A stretch of DNA of 39,032 nt from an uncultured archaeon (GTDB lineage: Archaea > Asgardarchaeota > Lokiarchaeia > Sigyniarchaeales > SOKP01), in contig CAZGJX010000029.1 of NCBI GenBank assembly GCA_964525635.1, positions 1 through 39,032 of the forward strand, read 5' to 3'. Position 1 is the stretch's first letter. The number at the start of each line of letters is the position of its first letter. Under the pieces are notes generated by a model, which worked only from the letters and a program-made list of their open reading frames with translations, did no database searches and had not been told where the DNA came from. The translations under genes were made by a program, and so were the position numbers. This document shows, one piece after another, positions 9,993 through 18,281 of the stretch.

Positions 9993-11267
9993 ATGGGACT
10001 AACAATAACAGAAAAAATACTAAGAGATCATACAGACAATAAAAATGCTGTAGCAGGAGATATAGTATTAACTAATATTGATATGTGTTTAGGTAATGAT
10101 ATTACAGCACCTATATCATTTAATGTCTTTGAAAAGATAATTGAAGGAACTGATAAAAGTGTCTTTAATCGAGAAAAGATAATTTTAACTCCAGACCATT
10201 TTACACCAAATAAGGATGTTGCATCGGCAATACAGAGTAAACTTCTTAAGGATTTTGCTCATAAATATAATATATTATATTATTTTGAAATGGGGCGGGT
10301 AGGAATTGAACACTGCTTGATTCCCCAACAAAAGCTTGTTCTTCCAGGACAAGTGTTCATTGGGGCAGACTCTCATACATGTACATATGGTGCTTTGGGG
10401 GCATTCTCAACTGGTGTAGGCTCAACTGATTTAGGCGTTGCAATGGCCCTTGGACAGTGTTGGTTTAGAATTCCAAAATCAATTAAATTTATCTATTCGA
10501 GTAAATTAAATAAGTGGGTCTCTGGAAAGGATTTAATTCTCTATACTATAGGAGAAATAGGGGTTGATGGAGCTACATATAAAGCGATGGAATTTACAGG
10601 AGAAGTAATTGAGAATTTATCAATGGCTAATAGATTTACGATGTGTAATATGGCAATAGAAGCCGGAGGAAAAAATGGGATTATTGCTCCAGATAAAATT
10701 ACAAAAGAATACTTAAAAAAAGTTGATGATAGTACCTATAAAATATATGAAAGTGATAAAGATGCAGAATACGATGATATTATTGAATTTGATTGTTCAA
10801 AGATAGAACCTCAAGTCGCATTTCCTCATCTACCAGAAAATACTAAACCTATTTCAGAAGTAAATAACATGCAAATAGAGATCGATCAAGTTGTAATTGG
10901 TTCTTGTACAAATGGTCGTTTAGAAGACCTTGAGATTGCCGCTAAAATTATCAATAATAATAAAATACATTCAAATCTAAGATGTATAATAATCCCGGGT
11001 ACTCAAGAAATTTATTTAAAAGCAATTAAAAAAGGATTTATAGAATTATTTATTAAGAGTGGTGCTATTGTTTCAACACCAACATGTGGACCGTGTCTAG
11101 GTGGACATATGGGAATCCTTGCTGCTAATGAAAGAGCATTATCAACCACTAATCGGAATTTTCTCGGTAGAATGGGACATATTAAAAGTGAAGTGTATCT
11201 TTCTAGTCCTGCTATAGCAGCAGCATCAGCAATTAAAGGATATATAACATCGCCTGATCTTCTGTAA
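9993..11267 (+). CDS. leuC: 3-isopropylmalate dehydratase/homoaconitase large subunit
   Basis: TITEKIL, GADSHTCTYGALG, IGSCTNGR, CGPCLG, STTNRNFLGRMG. Confidence 0.92.
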   Translation: MGLTITEKILRDHTDNKNAVAGDIVLTNIDMCLGNDITAPISFNVFEKIIEGTDKSVFNREKIILTPDHFTPNKDVASAIQSKLLKDFAHKYNILYYFEMGRVGIEHCLIPQQKLVLPGQVFIGADSHTCTYGALGAFSTGVGSTDLGVAMALGQCWFRIPKSIKFIYSSKLNKWVSGKDLILYTIGEIGVDGATYKAMEFTGEVIENLSMANRFTMCNMAIEAGGKNGIIAPDKITKEYLKKVDDSTYKIYESDKDAEYDDIIEFDCSKIEPQVAFPHLPENTKPISEVNNMQIEIDQVVIGSCTNGRLEDLEIAAKIINNNKIHSNLRCIIIPGTQEIYLKAIKKGFIELFIKSGAIVSTPTCGPCLGGHMGILAANERALSTTNRNFLGRMGHIKSEVYLSSPAIAAASAIKGYITSPDLL

Positions 11268-11456
11268 TTAATTTATTAATATAAAATCCAATTTTTAAAG
11301 ATTTTTAATAAATTTCAATGGAAATTGTTATTTTATTTTTATTAATTATTTAATTTTATTTTGATTACTCAAAAACTATTTATTGTAAATAATTCTTTCC
11401 ATTATTTATATATACATACATGAAATAATGTATGTTTAATCATAGTGAGTTTTTAA

Positions 11457-12083
11457 ATGAGTTCAGAATTAAACAATAATAAAATTTGCTCTTCATGTGG
11501 ACATTTAAATCTTTCTGATAATAAATTTTGTACTGGTTGTGGGAAAGTGCTTGGGAGTTCTGAAGAAAAAAAATTTGAGGTTATAGAAACCTTAAAAGGA
11601 TCATTAATTGGAAGTATTATATGTATTTCTATATTCATAGCCTTTATGATCCTAGTATCAGTTGTTGTTGTTATTCAGAGAACTGACGTGTGGTATGTTT
11701 TATTTATTATTTGGCCGATCGTTATTGGATTTCTAATTTGGGCAGCATGCTATTTAGAAGGTTTATCAAAAAAAAGACGATTCACTATTACAAAAAATTA
11801 TATTGAAATACTTGTTCCAAATAAACCATATTTTAAAATTAATTGGTCAGATTTTGATACTCTTCAAATTGCAAAAAGAATAAATCAAACATGGATAGTG
11901 ACTTCACCAGGCCCCAGATTTGTATATTTTAAATTAATCTTCAAAGGATCCAATTTTGAAAAATCATTTGAATTCGAATCAGGAAAGGATTTCAAATCGC
12001 GAACTAGGAAGAAGATAATTTCTGCATTGGGAGAATATACTGATGAAATGAATAAAAAATTCATTGGTTGGAAAAAAAAGTAA
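11457..12083 (+). CDS. zinc-ribbon membrane protein (double CxxC, two TM helices, soluble C-terminal domain)
   Basis: CSSC...FCTGCG; two hydrophobic segments; beta-rich C-terminus, possibly PH-like. Confidence 0.7.
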   Translation: MSSELNNNKICSSCGHLNLSDNKFCTGCGKVLGSSEEKKFEVIETLKGSLIGSIICISIFIAFMILVSVVVVIQRTDVWYVLFIIWPIVIGFLIWAACYLEGLSKKRRFTITKNYIEILVPNKPYFKINWSDFDTLQIAKRINQTWIVTSPGPRFVYFKLIFKGSNFEKSFEFESGKDFKSRTRKKIISALGEYTDEMNKKFIGWKKK

Positions 12084-12282
12084 ACATAAGAGCAAAAAAT
12101 ATTATTATAATATTGAAGAGTTCCATACAATAGATAGGAAAAAAATAATTATTAAAATTCATTTAATATTATAAATGATAATTTCTTATCGATAAAAGAA
12201 TATTTATCAATTTAATTTTTGATAAAGAATTATTTTTAATAGAAATTTTGTTTTAGATAAGATTTATACCAGTGAGAAATTT

Positions 12283-12780
12283 ATGAAAGGAATTGTACTT
12301 AAATATGGTCAAAAAAATATTAATACTGATTTAATTATCCCTGCAAGATACTTAAATGATTCCGATTCTGAGCATTTGGGAAGCCATTGTATGGAAGATC
12401 TTGATCCTAATTTTAAGGAAAAGAAAGATAATCTTGGAGCTACTATAATTGTTGCAGATGCGAATTTTGGTAGTGGATCTAGTAGAGAACAAGCCCCCAT
12501 TGCATTAAAAACAGCTGGAATAAAATGCATTATAGCCCCATCATTTGCCCGTATTTTTTACAGAAATTCAATTAATATAGGATTACCTATAATAGAATTT
12601 AATGATATTTTTCAAATTAATACCGGAGATGAATTAGAAATAAATTTTGATAAGGGTACTTTAAAGAATAATACAAATGGAACTCAATTTACCATTAATA
12701 AAATGCCACAATTTTTACAAAATATTATTTCATCTGGTGGGCTTATAAATTTCGCCAAGAAAAAAATATTAGAAAATTAA
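12283..12780 (+). CDS. leuD: 3-isopropylmalate dehydratase/homoaconitase small subunit
   Basis: NINTDLIIPARYL, NFGSGSSREQA, SFARIFYRNSINIGLP. Confidence 0.92.
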   Translation: MKGIVLKYGQKNINTDLIIPARYLNDSDSEHLGSHCMEDLDPNFKEKKDNLGATIIVADANFGSGSSREQAPIALKTAGIKCIIAPSFARIFYRNSINIGLPIIEFNDIFQINTGDELEINFDKGTLKNNTNGTQFTINKMPQFLQNIISSGGLINFAKKKILEN

Positions 12781-12826
12781 ATAAAGAGATATTAATATCA
12801 TTATATCAAAAAAACATTAGATTCTT

Positions 12827-13363
12827 ATGAGATATAGAAAAACTACTTTACTTATTTTATTAACATTTTTCCTCTTGCCAATGAATAATCTAAAAGCACA
12901 GAATAATTATATCTTCACTGATATCCATCAAATGGATGTAGGATCTTCAATTTTTTATTTATTTGATCTAAATACTGGTGCAAATATTAAAATTAAGTTA
13001 TCTCAATACGATTATGGAAATTTTACGTTATTTCTTTTTGGAGAAAGACCATCAGAAACATACATTAATTTAGACAAAAAATTAGATAATAGAATTTTTT
13101 CAGACACCTCCCTTATAGAATATAATACTAGTATAGATCCCTCATTAGATTATGATGCAATAGAAACTAAAATTTACTATATTCAAATAATTTTGGTTAA
13201 TAATGGTTCTGACACATTTATTATAAAAGCAACTAGAAACTTATCTCGTTATTATATTCCTCTAATTCCCGGTTTTCCTATAGAAACTACATTAGGAATT
13301 ATAATAATAACAGGAATAGTAATAATTCTAATCCATAAAAAAAAAATAAAAACTAATTCTTAA
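12827..13363 (+). CDS. secreted surface protein with PGF-/Loki-CTERM-like sorting signal
   Basis: N-terminal signal peptide; C-terminal IPGF + TM helix + HKKKIK. Confidence 0.75.
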   Translation: MRYRKTTLLILLTFFLLPMNNLKAQNNYIFTDIHQMDVGSSIFYLFDLNTGANIKIKLSQYDYGNFTLFLFGERPSETYINLDKKLDNRIFSDTSLIEYNTSIDPSLDYDAIETKIYYIQIILVNNGSDTFIIKATRNLSRYYIPLIPGFPIETTLGIIIITGIVIILIHKKKIKTNS

Positions 13364-13452
13364 TGCCAGTAATCTTTTCTACGTTTTATTTTGTTTGAAG
13401 TATCAGAAGATTGTTGGAAATTTTATAGTAAATTATTATTTAGATGACTAAA

Positions 13453-14382
13453 TTAACTAGTTCCATCCCATCCAGCTAAAATAGCAAACAAATACCAAGC
13501 AGCATATGCTTTAAAATTTCCATTTAGCGCTTGAGAATGTGCAGGTGTACAAGGATACCATTCACCAATATGACTCTCTTGCCATTCTATCGCCCAATTA
13601 CGATCTCTAGTTAGATTTCCGTCATCAGAATAAGTACAATTATCATCCGCATACATATCAAGGAAATAATTATCATCAGGATCATAACTCTCAATATCCG
13701 CAAAATCATATAATGTCTTATTATTATTGATACAGTGGTCCCTAATCATCTGATTGTAGTAATGTAAATCACCTTCCTCGCCTGTACCTTCTAAATGACC
13801 TGTCATATATACAAACCTTATAGTTGGATAATCCATTTCTAGTTGATTCATATTTGTCAAATATTGATTAATCAAAGTCGTATCCTTATCAAGACCACAC
13901 CAGCTCCACATTACAACATTATATCCTGAATTTGAATTTAAAAAATCTCTTGTTACATCATCAAATTGATCTGTATAACCAGTAAGATCTCTCATACTAT
14001 AATCTATATTTGGTTCATGATAATGCAATGTATCTCCTGTTCCAGAACTGTCAAAATCATAAAGATCCTTATCACCCATAAATGAATCTAGACCTTGCAT
14101 ACCTGAAGTTAATTGACTTCCATGTGATGTATGCCAATATACAATCTTTATATTTTCTCTTGATTTGTTTATCCATTCAATAGGAATATTTTCAAAATCA
14201 TCTAAATGAGCAAAATCGTGATTTATTATAGGATGAGTCGCATTTATTGGTTTATTTTGATAATCCGTTGGGGTTGTATTAGGAACCGTTTGAAATTGTA
14301 AGTAAAAACAGAATGATATTGAAGCGGAAATTCCTATTAAGGTTATTAATATAATTGCTAAAAAATTTTTTTTAATTGAAAT
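13453..14382 (-). CDS. secreted or membrane-anchored uncharacterised hydrolase-like protein (possibly SGNH-like); N-terminus extends upstream of the tracked ATG
   Basis: Frame is open from TAA at 14397-14395 through ATG 14100 and encodes ISIKKNFLAIILITLIGISASISFCFYL (signal/TM) ... IPIEWINKSRENIKIVYWHTSHGSQLTSGM. Later motifs MWSWCG, YMTGH, LYDFADIESYDPD, AHSQALN. Start is probably ATT 14382 or 14376. Confidence 0.7.
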   Translation of the reverse strand: MSIKKNFLAIILITLIGISASISFCFYLQFQTVPNTTPTDYQNKPINATHPIINHDFAHLDDFENIPIEWINKSRENIKIVYWHTSHGSQLTSGMQGLDSFMGDKDLYDFDSSGTGDTLHYHEPNIDYSMRDLTGYTDQFDDVTRDFLNSNSGYNVVMWSWCGLDKDTTLINQYLTNMNQLEMDYPTIRFVYMTGHLEGTGEEGDLHYYNQMIRDHCINNNKTLYDFADIESYDPDDNYFLDMYADDNCTYSDDGNLTRDRNWAIEWQESHIGEWYPCTPAHSQALNGNFKAYAAWYLFAILAGWDGTS

Positions 14383-14656
14383 AACCCTATTATATTAATT
14401 GTTATAGTATATCCATGAAAAAACACCTTAATATATATATTTAGCTATCAGTATAAAGATAGATTCTTATGCAAAAATAAAGAAAAAGTAATTAGATTAT
14501 GATATTAGGCTTTTTTTTATAAAAAAGAGTTTTTAAGTTGAAATAAATTGATTTATTCCAAATAGTCAATTTTAAATTGTATTTAATCATTTTCTAATTG
14601 TATTTACATAAACATTAAATAAAAAAAAAAGTGACTTAATAATTTCTTTTGAAGAA

Positions 14657-15847
14657 TTGAGTAAAAAGTTAGCTAAATTAATGAAAGATACTGATGAGAT
14701 CGAACTTCAAAATGTAGATATATTTGCAGAATTCTTAGAATTTCAAATGTTACCTACGATAGTGTCTAATGCGGCTAATGCTGTTGGCTTACCCACACTT
14801 GAAAAAATTGGGAAAGCAGAATGGACACCAATACAATTTTCTCTTAATATAGATTATCCTGGAGAAATAGAAACTATTCAATTTATTCGGACTAATGGCA
14901 AAACATGTACAATTGGTGGAGAAAAAGCACCTCCATTTTTTAATTTTTTGGGATTAGATAAGAGAAATCCCAACCCTCCACTTGTAACCTATGACGTGTT
15001 TGATATGGGAGATAAAATGATGCTTCCTAAACCTATTAAACAAGAATATAGTGATGTATTAGGAAATCCCGCTGAATGGGCAAAATTTACTGTTAAAAAA
15101 TTTGGTGCTGAATGTATCACATTCCATTCATTAGGGATTGATCCAGGTACATTAGATTGGCCAGTATCAAAATCTAGAAATCTTTTTGAAGATATTCTCC
15201 AAGCAGTTGATGTACCCGTTATAATTGGCTGTTCTGGCAATAAAGAAAAAGATGTTGAGTTGTTTAAAGTCCTTTCAGAAATATCTCAAGATGACGTCTT
15301 AATGCTTTCTGCAGCAGATAAAGCAACCTGGGAAGATGTTATACCTCTTGCTGTGAAGTATGACCATAATTGTCTATTATGGACTTCTTTAGATCTTAAT
15401 AACCAAATTAAAATGAATAAAGATGCTATTGAATTGGGACTTCCTCGTAATAGAATTGTAATGGATCCTACATGTGCAACTCTTGGTTATGGAATGGAGT
15501 ATAGCTTTAGTATTTACCAGAGAATGAGAATGGCGGGATTATTAGGAGAAGAAGATCTAGCGTTTCCAATCAGTGGAGGTACTACGAATGCTTGGGGGGC
15601 TCGTGAAGCTTGGATGAGTGAAAAAAAGACACCAAGTGATTGGGGAAAAAGAGAATATAGAGGGCCAATTTGGGAAATTCTAAATGCTTTATCATTGACT
15701 TTAGTTGGTCTTGATTTAGCTATGATGTTCCATCCAGTAGCAGCGAGTCATATAAAAAAGATTACATCACAGTTTTTTGCAGAAATGCCAAAAGTAATGG
15801 ATGATATGGGTTATTATGATTGGGTTTCAAGTCAAATGAAGAATTAA
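14657..15847 (+). CDS. cdhD: acetyl-CoA decarbonylase/synthase complex delta subunit (corrinoid Fe-S protein small subunit)
   Basis: IGGEKAPPF, DVFD, PAEWAK, VMDPTCATLGYGMEYS, NAWGAREAW, GPIWE, MMFHP. Confidence 0.93.
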   Translation: MSKKLAKLMKDTDEIELQNVDIFAEFLEFQMLPTIVSNAANAVGLPTLEKIGKAEWTPIQFSLNIDYPGEIETIQFIRTNGKTCTIGGEKAPPFFNFLGLDKRNPNPPLVTYDVFDMGDKMMLPKPIKQEYSDVLGNPAEWAKFTVKKFGAECITFHSLGIDPGTLDWPVSKSRNLFEDILQAVDVPVIIGCSGNKEKDVELFKVLSEISQDDVLMLSAADKATWEDVIPLAVKYDHNCLLWTSLDLNNQIKMNKDAIELGLPRNRIVMDPTCATLGYGMEYSFSIYQRMRMAGLLGEEDLAFPISGGTTNAWGAREAWMSEKKTPSDWGKREYRGPIWEILNALSLTLVGLDLAMMFHPVAASHIKKITSQFFAEMPKVMDDMGYYDWVSSQMKN

Positions 15848-15877
15848 TTCATTATTATCATATTTTACAATTTTGTT

Positions 15878-16108
15878 TTATTTTAATTTCTGAACTTTTA
15901 ATAAATAATTTTCTCCTTCTATTTTATGTTCAACTACTTTATGTCCTTCTTTTACAACATATCTTTTTATATTTTCAGAAGCCTCAACAAAATCTCCTGT
16001 TATTTCTAGTATTTCCCCTTTTTGCATCAAATTTAATGTTTTTTTCGTTTTAGCAACTGGCATTGGACAAACTAACCCTTCACAGTTTAATTTATATATA
16101 TTTTCCAT
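15878..16108 (-). CDS. tusA: TusA/SirA-family sulfur carrier
   Basis: LNCEGLVCPMPV (CPxP motif), 76 aa, GAGGA RBS. Confidence 0.9.
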   Translation of the reverse strand: MENIYKLNCEGLVCPMPVAKTKKTLNLMQKGEILEITGDFVEASENIKRYVVKEGHKVVEHKIEGENYLLKVQKLK

Positions 16109-16132
16109 TTTTAAATCCTCTTATAAAGAAAT

Positions 16133-16492
16133 TTAACTAAATATTATATTATCAGCTTCATTACACATTTGAAGAAAACCGCTCATGGTAGTCTTTTCAA
16201 TTCCATTAATTAATTCATCCTCAGACATACCTCTTGCTTTCATACATACTCCACAAACTTTAATCATTGCACCCTCCTCAATTATATCTATCATCCACTT
16301 TGATATATTATCAAAAGTTTTGGGATCTTGATTATTTTTGCCTGTGAAAATACCATCTTCAACAAGAAAGATATTTACTTTATGACCTTCCAATAAAGCG
16401 GTATAAGCAAATCTTACCATAGTGTATGGTCTTTCTTTTGAATATGCTCCATCTCCAATAACAATTGTATAAACTTTTTTCTTTAGCTCCAT
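16133..16492 (-). CDS. DsrE/TusD-family sulfur relay protein
   Basis: VNIFLVEDGI and VCGVCMKARG motifs; 24 bp upstream of tusA on the same strand. Confidence 0.88.
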   Translation of the reverse strand: MELKKKVYTIVIGDGAYSKERPYTMVRFAYTALLEGHKVNIFLVEDGIFTGKNNQDPKTFDNISKWMIDIIEEGAMIKVCGVCMKARGMSEDELINGIEKTTMSGFLQMCNEADNIIFS

Positions 16493-16558
16493 AACATATA
16501 CTCAATTTTTAATTAAACAATAACCATAATTTTGTATAAATTATTAATATTTTGTCAT

Positions 16559-16583
16559 TATTTATTCAATTTTTCGATAAATA
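16559..16583. promoter_or_regulatory. candidate LysR-type binding site (T-N11-A dyad)
   Basis: TATTTAT-N11-ATAAATA dyad in the divergent spacer, about 70 bp from the dsrE start. The AT-rich background lowers its significance. Confidence 0.4.
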
Positions 16584-16634
16584 TAAAAATATAGCTGAGA
16601 TAAATCTAATTAATAAAGAAGTAATGAATTAAAA

Positions 16635-17366
16635 ATGCAAGAAGATATTACTATAGTAGTTGATGGAGAGACATATGCAGGTAAGACTACGATGTTAAGG
16701 AGATTCATTGGAGAACAATTCATTCAAGATACAGAAGTAGTATATAAACCCAATGAATTTAGAAAAGAGATAGAATTTAATAGGATTTATAAAATAAGAT
16801 TTATTGATTTATTAGGTGCTAAACGATATGACCATCAACGACCTCAATATTATAAAATAGCAAATTCTTTAATTATTATTTTTGATCTTACTGAGAGGCT
16901 TGATTATAGTAGACTTGAGAGTAAAATTCAATTAGCAGAGAATATTGGAATAGGAATGGAGCAAATAATATTAGTTGGAAATAAGGTTGATTTAGATCAA
17001 GATAATTATATTATTTATGATAAATTAACCAATTTTCTCATGACTTCTAATATTAATTTTTATATTGAGACCTCAGCAAAAACAAATATTAATATTAATG
17101 AAACATTTGAATTGGCAATTATTATAAGTCTGTTTTCAAAAGGAATTTTTGATGAAAATAACTTCACTCGACATTTGAATAAAATAAAATCTCAGATAAA
17201 GCAAATTAAAACACAATTAGATAATCAAATTTTTATAAAAATGGATTTAAAAACCTTATTAGACACAAATGAATTCAAACCTAATATATGTCCTTTTTGT
17301 AATTCTAAAATCAAGTTGAATATAGAAATATGTCCTAATTGTAAAAGTATCTTAGATAAAAATTAG
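16635..17366 (+). CDS. Ras/Rab-like small GTPase with C-terminal zinc ribbon
   Basis: G1 GETYAGKT, G3 DLLG, G4 NKVD, G5 SAK; C-terminal CPFC...CPNC. Confidence 0.88.
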   Translation: MQEDITIVVDGETYAGKTTMLRRFIGEQFIQDTEVVYKPNEFRKEIEFNRIYKIRFIDLLGAKRYDHQRPQYYKIANSLIIIFDLTERLDYSRLESKIQLAENIGIGMEQIILVGNKVDLDQDNYIIYDKLTNFLMTSNINFYIETSAKTNININETFELAIIISLFSKGIFDENNFTRHLNKIKSQIKQIKTQLDNQIFIKMDLKTLLDTNEFKPNICPFCNSKIKLNIEICPNCKSILDKN

Positions 17367-17381
17367 AGGTGATGTGTTGAT

Positions 17382-18281
17382 ATGAGAATTGAATATTTAA
17401 AGAACTTTATCAAACTAAGCCAATATAAGAATTTTTCAAAATTATCAGAAGAATTATCTATTTCTCAGAGTACGTTATCACATAGAATATCTCAAATGGA
17501 GGAAGAATTAGGAAATATTATCCTAATTGAAAGAACGACAAAAAAATTTAAATTAACTCAACAAGGATTATTATTATTAGATTATGCTGAAAAAATAATC
17601 AATTTATATGATCAATGTCAACAAGAACTATTGAAGCAAAAAGATAATATAATTGATATAATTATCATAACTATATCTAAACTTCCAGGATCCCATATCC
17701 TGCCTAAATATATAACAGAATTTAAGGAAAAGAATCCAAGAATAAAATTTGATCTACTGATAAATAATTCACAGAAATCCTTAAGTATATTGAAAAATGA
17801 CAAAGCTGATTTTGCTGGAGTTGGTAGCTTTATGAATTATAAAATGGAAGAATTTGATTCTATTAAAATTGGAGATGATATAATGTTTTTTATATGTGCT
17901 CCTAATCATGAATTGCTAAAAAATAGAAATAATACTATTAAGTTCCAAGAACTTAAAACCTACCCCTTTATATCTCGCGAAATAGGTTCTGGAACAAGAA
18001 ATATCTTTGAAGCTCAATTTCCTAAACATAATGAATTAAATATAAAATTAGAAATTGATGATAATAATTCTATTATTTCTGCTGTGAGTGAATCAGATTA
18101 TATCTCCATCTTAAGTGAATTAATAGCTAAAAAGGCAGAAGATGCAGGATTGATAAAAATAATTAAATTACAGGATATTCCTATCATAGCCAAACGGGAG
18201 ATTTATTTCATAAAACCTAAAAATAAAAAAATAACAAATGAAAAAATGAAATTTTGGGATTATTTAGAGGAGAATCTCTAA
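17382..18281 (+). CDS. LysR-family transcriptional regulator (CysL-like substrate domain)
   Basis: NFSKLSEELSISQSTLSHRISQMEEELG HTH; PGSHILP and SREIGSGTR. 15 bp after the GTPase stop, with GAGGTGA RBS. Confidence 0.92.
   Translation: MRIEYLKNFIKLSQYKNFSKLSEELSISQSTLSHRISQMEEELGNIILIERTTKKFKLTQQGLLLLDYAEKIINLYDQCQQELLKQKDNIIDIIIITISKLPGSHILPKYITEFKEKNPRIKFDLLINNSQKSLSILKNDKADFAGVGSFMNYKMEEFDSIKIGDDIMFFICAPNHELLKNRNNTIKFQELKTYPFISREIGSGTRNIFEAQFPKHNELNIKLEIDDNNSIISAVSESDYISILSELIAKKAEDAGLIKIIKLQDIPIIAKREIYFIKPKNKKITNEKMKFWDYLEENL

Noticed and set aside
15878-16492. Selenoprotein versions of DsrE or TusA
   Set aside because: Active-site codons are Cys, there is no in-frame TGA, and no convincing SECIS was seen.
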